Source of the DNA: an uncultured Victivallales bacterium
GTDB taxonomy: Bacteria; Verrucomicrobiota; Kiritimatiellia; UBA8416; CAYOBW01
Length of the DNA stretch: 64,000 nucleotides
Reading direction: 5' to 3'
Assembly (NCBI GenBank): GCA_964550025.1
Contig: CAZJYI010000022.1
Span: forward strand, 18,249-82,248
In this document: piece after piece, positions 51,883 through 62,562 of the stretch
How positions within the stretch are numbered: the first letter of the stretch is position 1
Layout of the letters: each line of letters starts with the position of its first letter
Program-made: the position numbers and the translations under genes
Notes under the pieces: generated by a model
What the model was told of the DNA's origin: nothing
The model's input: the letters and a program-made list of their open reading frames with translations, nothing else
Database searches by the model: none

Positions 51883-53700
51883 TCACTGCGGCTCTGCGAT
51901 ATCAAAGCCACCATTGCCGCCGACCCTCACGTTGGACGTATCCGCGGAAGCGGTGATCGTCAACGTCTTGAATCCCTTCGCCTTGTTATTCTCGACAGTC
52001 ACGTCGTCACAGTACTCAAGGACGACCGCCGGTCCCTCGTCGGCCGCCGGATAGTCCTTGCTGAACTCTATCGTGTTCCCCGAGATGTTCAATCCCTTCA
52101 CGGACTTCGCTTTGACCAGGAGTCCGTTGAAGCTCCTGATCGTGTTGCCTACGAAATGGACGTTGCGGTGATATCGGCCTTCGCCCGTGCGCTGCTCGGG
52201 CCGAAGCAGCGGGGAGGCCAGCAGCGGGTAGCGCTCCGTCACGGCCCACCCGATGTTCTCGAACACGTTGTTCCGGATTGTGACGTCCTGTACGGCGCCG
52301 GACTCGTACCAGCTATTGTTGTCCCCCTCGATCAGGATGCCGTGCATCTGGGAAGAGAAATGGTTGTTCTCAATCAGGACCTTGCCCTTGGTCGTCACCA
52401 GCACGCTGCGCGCGCGGTTTTCGCGGATAACGTTGTTCTTCATCACCAAGTCCGGATACCAGGTCAGGTTCTCCACCGAAAGCGGACCGTCCGGGAGCTT
52501 CGCGGGCGCCTCGGCCACAGTCATCACGAAACGGCGCTCGTTCAGGACCTTGATGGCCTTAACCGTCGTCTCGAAGAACGGCAGAATGGTCTCGCGCGAC
52601 AGCAGGGCGATCCTGTCGCCCGGTTCGGCAAACGTCAGTCCCCACTGCTGGAAGTGGCTGATTTCGCAGATGAACTTCTTGTCACCGAGGCACTCGGCCA
52701 CCTTCACGTAGGCGCCGTGAACGTTGATGCCGTCGTCGAGCATGTGCTCGAACCGGCAGTTCTCGAGATGGATGGTGCCTTTGCAGCCAATGAAGTGCGT
52801 GGCGTCGGCGCGCGTCGAGACGATGCGATCCTCGGTAGACGTGACAACCATCCCGTTGAGCGTCACGTTCTCGGTCCGTTCCACGATCAACGCCATGCCG
52901 CCCGCGTCATGGACCGTCACGTTTTCGATCCTGATGTCCTTGGAATTCGTGACGTGAATGGCCGGGCACAGGCGGCTCGTCGGATGCACACCATACGCCA
53001 CCAGGATGCTGCCGACCGGTGGGGCCTTTCTCACCGCCTTCTCGACCCTGAATCTCCCCTTCCCCATCGCGGTCACCTTCGCCTGCCTGCCCCTCACCGC
53101 ATACTGCCGGGTCCCGTAGATCGGCGAGCGGGTTTTCGGGTCCCACACCATGTTCGACCCGATGGGGTCATCCTGACCAAAGCGGTGGAACTGGATCTGC
53201 CCACCCTTGATCGTGTAGGGATAAAGCTCGGGGTCGGTCTCCACCACGAAGCTCTTCTCCTCCTCGTTGCTCTCGACCACGGTCAATTCCGCGTGGAAGG
53301 AACGGATCCAGTCGATGGAGAAGTTCTTCAGCGTCGCGCCCTGAACGTTCTCCAGCGTGACAGGAACCATGCGGCCGTGGAACATGAAGAGCGATCCGCC
53401 GCCGTCGATCGTGATGTTCTTCATGTTGAACAACGGGAATCCCATCCGTTTCAGACCGTTGTCGTGGTTCGAGACCGCGCGGTAGACCTCCACGGCATTC
53501 TCCGGATGGAAGTCATACTGCCCCTTCGGGAAGACCAGCGTCACGTCCGGCTCGCCTTTCACCGCCTCGACAAGCCGGTTGAGCGGGTAGGTCGCGTCCT
53601 TGCCCGGCATGATGTCGTGATCGGCAACGTTGATGATCCGCGCGCCCGCCGATTGCGCACAGAGAAGCGAGAGACAAAGAAGTGACGTCTTGCCCGTCAT
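51883..53700 (-). CDS. right-handed beta-helix glycosidase, GH110 (alpha-1,3-galactosidase)-like
   Basis: ATG 53700 after AAGGAG gives MTGKTSLLCLSLLCAQSAGA. N-terminal block: INVADHDIMPGKDATYPLNRLVEAV…LVFPKGQYDFHPENAVEVYRAVSNHDNGLKRMGFPLFNMKNITIDGGGSLFMFHGRMVP…NFSIDW. Multiple NN-[VI]-x-N beta-helix turns follow. The family call is from memory of GH110 sequence blocks and has not been searched. Confidence 0.55.
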   Translation of the reverse strand: MTGKTSLLCLSLLCAQSAGARIINVADHDIMPGKDATYPLNRLVEAVKGEPDVTLVFPKGQYDFHPENAVEVYRAVSNHDNGLKRMGFPLFNMKNITIDGGGSLFMFHGRMVPVTLENVQGATLKNFSIDWIRSFHAELTVVESNEEEKSFVVETDPELYPYTIKGGQIQFHRFGQDDPIGSNMVWDPKTRSPIYGTRQYAVRGRQAKVTAMGKGRFRVEKAVRKAPPVGSILVAYGVHPTSRLCPAIHVTNSKDIRIENVTVHDAGGMALIVERTENVTLNGMVVTSTEDRIVSTRADATHFIGCKGTIHLENCRFEHMLDDGINVHGAYVKVAECLGDKKFICEISHFQQWGLTFAEPGDRIALLSRETILPFFETTVKAIKVLNERRFVMTVAEAPAKLPDGPLSVENLTWYPDLVMKNNVIRENRARSVLVTTKGKVLIENNHFSSQMHGILIEGDNNSWYESGAVQDVTIRNNVFENIGWAVTERYPLLASPLLRPEQRTGEGRYHRNVHFVGNTIRSFNGLLVKAKSVKGLNISGNTIEFSKDYPAADEGPAVVLEYCDDVTVENNKAKGFKTLTITASADTSNVRVGGNGGFDIAEPQ

Positions 53701-53836
53701 GCTTTCTCCTTGTGGTGTCGTTTCGATTGTCTTCATGGGTAGACCCGGTGCCCTGCTGATAGAAGCCACACTATGCAGGTCCCCTCGCCGCAGTGATAGA
53801 AGGAATTGCGCACGAAAACATGCCTGAATGCGACAG

Positions 53837-53865
53837 TATTATTGTGAGCAGTTGTTCCGTGGCAG
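53837..53865 (-). promoter_or_regulatory. candidate sigma70-like promoter for the 17-gene array
   Basis: The minus strand reads CTGCCA-(17 nt)-ATAATA in the only AT-rich patch between the AraC-type gene stop (53882) and the first array gene (53700). Promoter consensus in this lineage is unknown. Confidence 0.2.
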
Positions 53866-53881
53866 TATCATTCGGTCCCGG

Positions 53882-55030
53882 TCAAAGGCTCTTCAACTGC
53901 CGCCGGTAGTCCCGGGGGCTCATGCCCGTGGTCTTCTTGAAGACGTTTGTCAGGTAATTATAGGACGCGTAGCCGCAGGCTTCGGCGATGTGCTGCATGG
54001 GCATGTCGGTCTGCGCGAGAAGCTGACGCGCCTTGTTCACGCGAAGACGCCGGACCTCACCGAATGCCGACCGCCCGAACGCCTGCCGGAACCGACGTTC
54101 GAGTGCACGCCGACTCATCGGCACGGCCCGCAGAATGTCATCGATGGCAATGGGCCCGCAAGCGTGCTCCCGGATGTACCTGGCAACCTTCGCCATCTTG
54201 GGATCTTCCACGTTGAGCGTATCCGTCGAAAGGTGTTCCATGATTCCGAGCGGCGGAAGATAGGTCGTTTTGTGCGGGACTTCTTCCCCGAGCATCATCC
54301 CATGCAACGCTTCGGCGGCCCGGTAGCCGATCTGTTCCGTCGGAATGAGAATGCCGGACAGCGGCGGAAAGCACGCATGGCACAGCACTTCATCATAGCT
54401 GCCGTCCAGAACGGCTACGTCATGGGGCACGGACAGCCCCGCCCGCATGCAACAGTCGACCACAAACACACCGTTGACCTGCCCCCAGACAAGTATGCCG
54501 ACCGGCTTGGTCAACGAACCGAGCCATTGAACCAACTCATCCGTCTGCTCCAACCTGTTCCCCTTTAGCGCGAAAAACGAGCATGGCAGTCCCTCGCTTG
54601 CGGCTGCCTCCGCGAAAGCGTCCGCGTACCATATGGGGTTGGGATTGTGGCGCGGCGCCGCGATCGCCACGTTGCGGAGCCCGCGTTCCTTGAAGTGTTC
54701 AACCGCCATACGCGTCGAAGCGCGGTCGTCGGTTCGCACGCAGGGCGCCGAGAACCCTTCGAGCGCAAAGTCAGCCACGTTGACGACAGGCAACCGGGAC
54801 TCGTCCAGCGCCGCCGCCAGACGGCTGTCCACGACGCGAGCGATGATGCCGTCCCCCCGCCACCCTTCGGGGAGTTGCTCAAAGATCCGCGGCGCGTTGG
54901 GCTGCACCCACAGGTGCCACGGCCCGGCTTCCGCGGCGTAGGCAAGAATGCCCTTCACAATCCTCCGCCCCCAACCGCTGGACGTGCTGAGGAGGATCGC
55001 TACTTCAGGCGTGTCACGAACAGGGTTCAT
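53882..55030 (-). CDS. XylR-like AraC-family transcriptional regulator (periplasmic-binding-like sensor + AraC HTH)
   Basis: C-terminal AraC HTH: KVARYIREHACGPIAIDDILRAVPMSRRALERRFRQAFG…ARQLLAQTDMPMQHIAEACGYASYNYLTNVFKKTTGMSPRDYR. N-terminal part is a LacI/PBP-like sensor (VAILLSTSSGWGRRIVKGILAYA…GIIARV…). The start is set at ATG 55030 because the 70 upstream residues in the track ORF are Arg-rich and unprotein-like. The start remains uncertain. Confidence 0.75.
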   Translation of the reverse strand: MNPVRDTPEVAILLSTSSGWGRRIVKGILAYAAEAGPWHLWVQPNAPRIFEQLPEGWRGDGIIARVVDSRLAAALDESRLPVVNVADFALEGFSAPCVRTDDRASTRMAVEHFKERGLRNVAIAAPRHNPNPIWYADAFAEAAASEGLPCSFFALKGNRLEQTDELVQWLGSLTKPVGILVWGQVNGVFVVDCCMRAGLSVPHDVAVLDGSYDEVLCHACFPPLSGILIPTEQIGYRAAEALHGMMLGEEVPHKTTYLPPLGIMEHLSTDTLNVEDPKMAKVARYIREHACGPIAIDDILRAVPMSRRALERRFRQAFGRSAFGEVRRLRVNKARQLLAQTDMPMQHIAEACGYASYNYLTNVFKKTTGMSPRDYRRQLKSL

Positions 55031-55271
55031 CTCCCGCAGAATAGCATGGCTGTACCTGACCCCGAAACGGAAAACGGCAGTGCAGCCTCGCGGTGGGCGT
55101 ACGACGAGACCTCTGCCGATCTTGACCCACAGGCATGCCCTCAGGTAGCCTTCCGAGGTCGAGGGAACGAAGTCCGTTCGCGCAAAGGCTGCGCGCACCG
55201 CAATCCCCAAGGGCGATCTTCGTTCGCGAGTGGTCGACATCGTGTTTCGTCGTCGAACGAATCAAGAGTCA

Positions 55272-57662
<2,391 letters not shown>

Positions 57663-57676
57663 CGACCGGCGTCTCC

Positions 57677-57699
57677 GTAGCGCGGAAATCCGTTCCGCG
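57677..57699 (+). terminator. GTAG-headed hairpin 15 nt after the DUF5060 gene stop
   Basis: GTAG-CGCGGAA-ATCCG-TTCCGCG (7-bp stem). There is no U-tract, so a terminator role is inferred from position only. Confidence 0.35.
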
Positions 57700-57947
57700 C
57701 GGGAGCAAGGGAGAGCGGATGTGGAGAGAGAGGGAAAGACCTCGGGGCCTGTCTCGCGCGCGCCATCCTCGTCTCCATGCGCATGCGCGGAACGGCGCTA
57801 CCGAGAAGCGGCATTCTGGCGACCCAACGCAGACCTGACAACACACTTCCGCGCCAGTTTCAGCCCACTTCCGTCCGCCGCGGGCGGAGGGCTACCTGAG
57901 AGCACACGGAACTGTTTTCCCGAAAGAGGTACTACGTTGTGCCCGCA

Positions 57948-57970
57948 CTCCCCTCAGAGAGGGGAGCTAC
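57948..57970 (-). terminator. GTAG-headed hairpin immediately after the beta-helix gene stop
   Basis: The minus strand reads caG-TAG-CTCCCCTC-TCT-GAGGGGAG (8-bp stem). The TAG of GTAG is the stop codon at 57967-57969. Confidence 0.4.
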
Positions 57971-60381
57971 TGCCAGCCCGCCAGGTACGCCGGCGGTGAA
58001 TAGCGCTCGTTCAGCTTGTCGTAGTCGAACCTGCCGCCGGATGACGGCGTACTCTCGTACTGCTTCTTGATCGCCAGGCGGTACGCGGCCTTGTCCGGCA
58101 TGGACGTGCGATGCTCGTCGAGGTACAAGCCGATCTTCGCGAACGGAATCTCCACGAACCTGTCCACGGGCTTGAAACCGGCCCGCTGCCGAAAATCCAA
58201 GGCGTCGGGGTCAACGAACATGGCTTTGGCATCGAGCTCGACCGGCAGTTCGAAGACCATCGATCCGGGCAGCATCTTCTTCTGCGCCTCGAACGAGTCG
58301 AGTTTGTTGCGTCCGTGGATGTGAAACGTCTTGTAGGTCGGGCGATCCGAGTAGTTGTGCCTGACGACTGAGTGAGACTGGCACCACGGATTGCAGTCGG
58401 GGTCCATGAAGTCGGCGAAGATCTTCGGTATGACGGGGTACTTCGCCATCCACTTTTCGTTGTTCTTCCAGCCTTCGCGCCCGAAGATCATCTCGGCCCG
58501 GCCGATGAGATTAACCTTACAAAAGACAATTCGCGTGCCGGCCGCAATGTCCTCGTTGATCTTGATGCGTTCAGCTTGTTTGTCCTTGAGGAACTGTTCC
58601 TTGCTGATCTGGTGGTAAGGCTTCTGGCCGGTCCACCACAGAAGTGGCGTCTCCATGGAGACGCTGTTTTCGATCGAGCAGGCCGGTCCGGCCCCCTGCA
58701 CGCAGGAACGGGCGCACTTGTAGTAGATGTTGCCGAAGGTCAGGAGCCCCGAAGCATTGTCGTCGGCGCGCCACGCCGACATCGGATGTCCCTTCGGCGT
58801 CTCCAGCAGGTGATGCACGAAGTTGTACCGGAACAGGTTGTTGTAGAGCGAGAGATCCGCTCCGCAATACGCCGCGTTCCAGTCCCCCATCTCGTAGCCC
58901 ACGTTGTAGAACTCGTTGAACTCGGCCAGGAAATCGTTGTGCCCGTACATCATCCCGCCGTTGAGGTCGTGGACCAGGTTGTGGGTAAACTTCGCGCCCA
59001 CACCGCCTACCGCCATCAGTCCGTAGCCGCGGAGACGGCAGTGATGAATGTGGTTGTTGTCGGCCGTATTGTGTTCGGGGATGAGGGCCCTGCGGCTCTC
59101 GGAGAACGAGCTCGCGTTGTACTCGATGTTGATGTCCTTCTCGTACTGCGACTTGTACTCGATCGCCACCGGATATTTGCCCAACAACAAGAAGGCGCGA
59201 TCGAGACCGTAGAAGTCGCAGCCGGTAATCGTGTTGTGCATCCCGTCCACGAGACGCAACCCCAGGTCGACCCCGTTGCGGAACGTGCAACCGCCAATCG
59301 TGATGTGCTCACAGCCCGAGAAGACGACGCCATTGTCACCGAAGTTCTCGAAGGTGATGTCGCGCAACGTAACGTGCTTCACACCGCGCCCCTCGATCAG
59401 CGTGTCGCCGCCGGCAATGCGCAGGGGCTTGTCGGAAGCGAGAGACCCAACCGGCCAGATGTAGAAACGCTCATCCTGGTGGTCGTAGTACCACTCACCC
59501 GGCTCGTCCAACAGGCACAACACGTTGACCAGCCGCAGGCGGCGGGGGAGCGGGAGCTTCGGGTTGCCGATGCCGTAGCGCGTGTATCGCAGGAGCTGCA
59601 GCGTCTTCTTCTCCGGTTGTACGGCACCGAGGTTCTCCTTCTGGAAGAACCAGTCGTTGTTCAGGTACCCGTGCACCATGATGTCGCCGGTGCGATCGAC
59701 CTCGCGTTTCAGAGCCGCGAGGTCAATCGACTCACGCAGCGTGAACCGCCCGCCGGTAGGGTTCTCCCGGCTGTACGCCGCCGGGTTCTCATCCGCCGCC
59801 AGCCAGCGCGTGGTCGGCCCTTTGTCGAGCGCCTCCTTCATGTACCCGTAGCCGCGGTTCGGCCACGTGGCCTGCTGCAGGCAGTGCCCGTCCCATGTCA
59901 CCAGCGCGTAGGCTTCGTTTTCGTTGTCGTCGGGACGGTAGGGGAAACGTCTCGCCAAACCGGTCCCCGCCAGAGACGCGGAAACCACCTTGCCGCGCGC
60001 GGACGGATGCAGCCGCTCCGCCAACGCATCGTCGGCAACTCCCGCGAACAACTTCGAGGGAATCGCCGCTCCGCGCGAGAAGGTGACTTCCTCCCGGGGT
60101 ACGGCGCGGATGACCAACGGCGCCCCAGGTTTCCCGGAATCGGCCGCGTCCAGCGTCACAACCCCCTCGGGGTTGTAGCGTCCACCCTTGATCCAGATCG
60201 TCGTCTGGTCGTCCGCCGCACGCGCCAATTCCAACGCGCGCAACAGCGTCTGCACGGGGGCCTCACGCGTCCCGTCATTCCCGTCCGCCCCCGTCGTTCC
60301 CACGTAGATGTCCGTGGCGCCGGCCTGCAAAGACAGGCAAACTGCCGACAATGCAATGAACGCACTTCTCATCGGTTCCAT
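57967..60381 (-). CDS. right-handed parallel beta-helix repeat exported protein (candidate polysaccharide lyase/hydrolase)
   Basis: Signal peptide MEPMRSAFIALSAVCLSLQAGA. DIYVGTTGADGNDGTREAPVQTLLRALELA…IWIKGGRYN is the typical DUF1565-like beta-helix N-terminus. Repeated beta-helix turns follow: ITFENFGDNGVVFSGCEHITIGGCTFRNG and NTITGCDFYG. Confidence 0.7.
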   Translation of the reverse strand: MEPMRSAFIALSAVCLSLQAGATDIYVGTTGADGNDGTREAPVQTLLRALELARAADDQTTIWIKGGRYNPEGVVTLDAADSGKPGAPLVIRAVPREEVTFSRGAAIPSKLFAGVADDALAERLHPSARGKVVSASLAGTGLARRFPYRPDDNENEAYALVTWDGHCLQQATWPNRGYGYMKEALDKGPTTRWLAADENPAAYSRENPTGGRFTLRESIDLAALKREVDRTGDIMVHGYLNNDWFFQKENLGAVQPEKKTLQLLRYTRYGIGNPKLPLPRRLRLVNVLCLLDEPGEWYYDHQDERFYIWPVGSLASDKPLRIAGGDTLIEGRGVKHVTLRDITFENFGDNGVVFSGCEHITIGGCTFRNGVDLGLRLVDGMHNTITGCDFYGLDRAFLLLGKYPVAIEYKSQYEKDINIEYNASSFSESRRALIPEHNTADNNHIHHCRLRGYGLMAVGGVGAKFTHNLVHDLNGGMMYGHNDFLAEFNEFYNVGYEMGDWNAAYCGADLSLYNNLFRYNFVHHLLETPKGHPMSAWRADDNASGLLTFGNIYYKCARSCVQGAGPACSIENSVSMETPLLWWTGQKPYHQISKEQFLKDKQAERIKINEDIAAGTRIVFCKVNLIGRAEMIFGREGWKNNEKWMAKYPVIPKIFADFMDPDCNPWCQSHSVVRHNYSDRPTYKTFHIHGRNKLDSFEAQKKMLPGSMVFELPVELDAKAMFVDPDALDFRQRAGFKPVDRFVEIPFAKIGLYLDEHRTSMPDKAAYRLAIKKQYESTPSSGGRFDYDKLNERYSPPAYLAGWQ

Positions 60382-60402
60382 CTCTCCTCGTCTGTCAACG
60401 GA

Positions 60403-60813
60403 TCACTCGAATGGATTGACGACTCTTACCGAGTCGAAAGACTGCCCGGTGTTCAGATCCTCGCTGTACAGCGTGTCACACCGTGCCTTCTGGGCCGCGA
60501 CAACGATCAAAGCGTCCCAGAAAGACACCTGCCACAGGATGTTGCCGTCGATGGCGTGATTGATGTCGTCGGTGTCAACGGTGACGATGCCCATGTGCCG
60601 GAACGAGTGCATGATGTCCTTCGCCTTGAGCGGCTCGATTCCGAGCTTGCGTGTTGCCGTCACGTAGAACTCCTGCAATACCTGTGTGGATATGAAAAAG
60701 GGCAGGGCCTCTGAACCGCTGCGCAACAGTTCACGGGCCTTTTCCCGCTTCTCCGGTTCGTCCTTGTCGCAAGCGTAGACGAGGATGTTGGTGTCCAGGA
60801 AGGCCTTAGACAT
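60403..60813 (-). CDS. vapC: PIN-domain toxin (VapC-type ribonuclease)
   Basis: MSKAFLDTNILVYACD… (first PIN acidic residue), …FWDALIVVAAQKARCDTLYSEDL (the conserved D/E-D of PIN). The ATG at 60813 overlaps the end of the antitoxin gene (gATGTCTAA). Confidence 0.8.
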   Translation of the reverse strand: MSKAFLDTNILVYACDKDEPEKREKARELLRSGSEALPFFISTQVLQEFYVTATRKLGIEPLKAKDIMHSFRHMGIVTVDTDDINHAIDGNILWQVSFWDALIVVAAQKARCDTLYSEDLNTGQSFDSVRVVNPFE

Positions 60814-61030
60814 CGTAGAGATCCTCACGCTTCCAGGTCTCGCCCCCGGAGTGCCCGCCCGCTGAGTCCATCTTCCGGATACACTCGTCTACCCAATTCT
60901 CACGGTTCTCTCGGACTGTCCGCGCAAGAAGGTCTCTCAGCAGCGCGTTCAGCGACGTGTGGTGCGCCCGAGCATACCGACGTCCCTCCTCGATCAGTTC
61001 TTCATCCACCGATAGCGTCAGATTCTTCAT
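60806..61030 (-). CDS. vapB: antitoxin (RHH/CopG-like, VapB-type)
   Basis: MKNLTLSVDEELIEEGRRYARAHHTSLNALLRDLLARTV is a typical ribbon-helix-helix N-terminus. GGAGG lies 8 nt upstream of ATG 61030. The track start at 61072 adds 14 unlikely residues. Confidence 0.7.
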   Translation of the reverse strand: MKNLTLSVDEELIEEGRRYARAHHTSLNALLRDLLARTVRENRENWVDECIRKMDSAGGHSGGETWKREDLYDV

Positions 61031-61041
61031 ACAGAGCACCT

Positions 61042-61081
61042 CCTTATGTGCACACAGCATAAGGTAACACATATACTGTGT
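61042..61081 (-). promoter_or_regulatory. nested palindromes upstream of vapB (candidate TA operator/promoter)
   Basis: CCTTATG (61042-48) pairs with CATAAGG (61058-64), flanking the perfect palindrome TGTGCACA (61047-54). ACACA-TATAC-TGTGT follows at 61067-81. On the minus strand this contains a TATAT -10-like box. Confidence 0.3.
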
Positions 61082-61295
61082 CGATGCAACCGTATCTTCA
61101 CCCGCCCACCTGCAATCACATGGTCTCTTCTTTCGGCTTTCTCACGGAGACGGACGGCGTGGAAGCCGTCCCTCCAGGCGAGGACCATCGCGTTCCGCCC
61201 TCTTGGAGGGTCGAGTTCCACCTCGACCGTGCCCCCAAGATGCCAGAGCAGAGTCGCACGTCATTCCCCTCCCACCACAACGACATCCCCGCACA

Positions 61296-62294
61296 TCACG
61301 TCCCCCCCTCTCCGGAAATCCCGTTCAGTGCCAGCGCCCTGCGGTAGAACCAGTCGTCCCACTCGGGCTCGACACCGATCCCGGGCAGGTCCGGGTAGTT
61401 CTTCAGAATCAGTCTCCCGTCGAACAGCCGGACCAGTCGCTCGGTTTCTCGTTCGATGAACCGGCGGTCTCCCGTCGGCAGCACCTTCTGAATATCGACC
61501 GGCGCCCACAACGCCACGCCATGTCCCCGGAACAGCCCTGCCAGTTCCTCCAAGTCGTAGACCGCCGGCTGGTCGAACTGGAACGCGTCCACGCCACATT
61601 CGATCAGGTCTTCGAGGAGCTCACGATTCTGCCCGCACGAATGCATCAGGACCTTCATGCCGTGGTCATGCGCCAGCCCCATGAGCCGCGAGTACAACTC
61701 CTTGAAGTACAGCCTGAACATCTCCGGACTGAAGAGAAGTCCCAACTGCGTACCCAGGTCTTCGCCGATGCCGATCGCGTCGGCGCCGGCCTCGCCCGCC
61801 GCTCGGATCTTGCGCTCGTACACCTGCGCCACCCGGGCATGCAATTCGTGCAGCTCGTCGGGATGGAGAACCATGTCCATGAAGTAGACCTCCATCTTGC
61901 GGAGGTAGCGCGCGTTGTCGAAGATCCACCCGCCGACGAACGCGACTTTGAAGCGGCCCGAGGCGTCCTTCTCGAACGTATTCCGCAAGGCATTGGCACA
62001 GGCCGCCACGTCGTACTCGGGAAGCGTGAGTGTAGCCAGGTCGGACCAGTCCTCCAGAACAGGCTTGTGGATCTCGCCCTTGACGGAACCGCCCATCATG
62101 CGAACCCAGACATTGCCCCACTCGTCGTCATAGTGCTCGATGCCATCCGCGCCAACCCACCGGCGCTGTTCGTAGCCTGAAGGCCGCACGCCGCCCGACA
62201 CGAGGTCGTTCAGCCTCCCGCCGTCAAACGTGAACCCGTTGCGCGGCGCATCCGCGCCGCCCAGGTTCGCCAGGATGATCTCTCTCGGTGTCAT
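61296..62294 (-). CDS. uroporphyrinogen-decarboxylase (URO-D/MtaA-CmuA-like) family protein
   Basis: TIM-barrel URO-D-family blocks: AAGEAGADAIGIGEDLGTQLGLLFSPEMFRLYFKELYSRL…HGMKVLMHSCGQNRELLEDLIECGVDAFQFDQP. No signal peptide. Confidence 0.7.
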   Translation of the reverse strand: MTPREIILANLGGADAPRNGFTFDGGRLNDLVSGGVRPSGYEQRRWVGADGIEHYDDEWGNVWVRMMGGSVKGEIHKPVLEDWSDLATLTLPEYDVAACANALRNTFEKDASGRFKVAFVGGWIFDNARYLRKMEVYFMDMVLHPDELHELHARVAQVYERKIRAAGEAGADAIGIGEDLGTQLGLLFSPEMFRLYFKELYSRLMGLAHDHGMKVLMHSCGQNRELLEDLIECGVDAFQFDQPAVYDLEELAGLFRGHGVALWAPVDIQKVLPTGDRRFIERETERLVRLFDGRLILKNYPDLPGIGVEPEWDDWFYRRALALNGISGEGGT

Positions 62295-62562
62295 CGTTTC
62301 CTTCTTGTTCTAGCGTCTCGGATTGTCCCGTCACAGGATGCGGCATCTCTGCGTTGCAACCCCTCCGGTTGACGTTCGTGGAGATCAGACCGTACATCAT
62401 CGTCCAGTTCAGCGGAACTGCCAATCAACAAGCGTCCTTTCCCGTTGTCCAATGCACAGCGAGAAAGACAGGGTTTGCCATCAACCCCCGAATGTGTTCA
62501 CATGCCGCCTGTCTGTGTATCATGACAGCGGGCGCGCGAAGCGCAAGAGAGGAGAACCTGAG

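Noticed and set aside
61197-61228. Possible tRNA T-arm-like hairpin (GGTCGAG-TTCCAC-CTCGACC) followed by …CCCCCA
   Set aside because: The stem is 7 bp with a 6-nt loop lacking the TΨC consensus. No acceptor, D or anticodon arms can be drawn around it. It is more likely one of the intergenic terminator or REP-like hairpins.
62295-62562. Candidate sigma70 promoter (TTGACG-N18-TACATC) and small palindromes upstream of the right-edge GH29 gene
   Set aside because: The spacing and the -10 match are poor, and the promoter consensus for this lineage is unknown. There is not enough support to annotate it.
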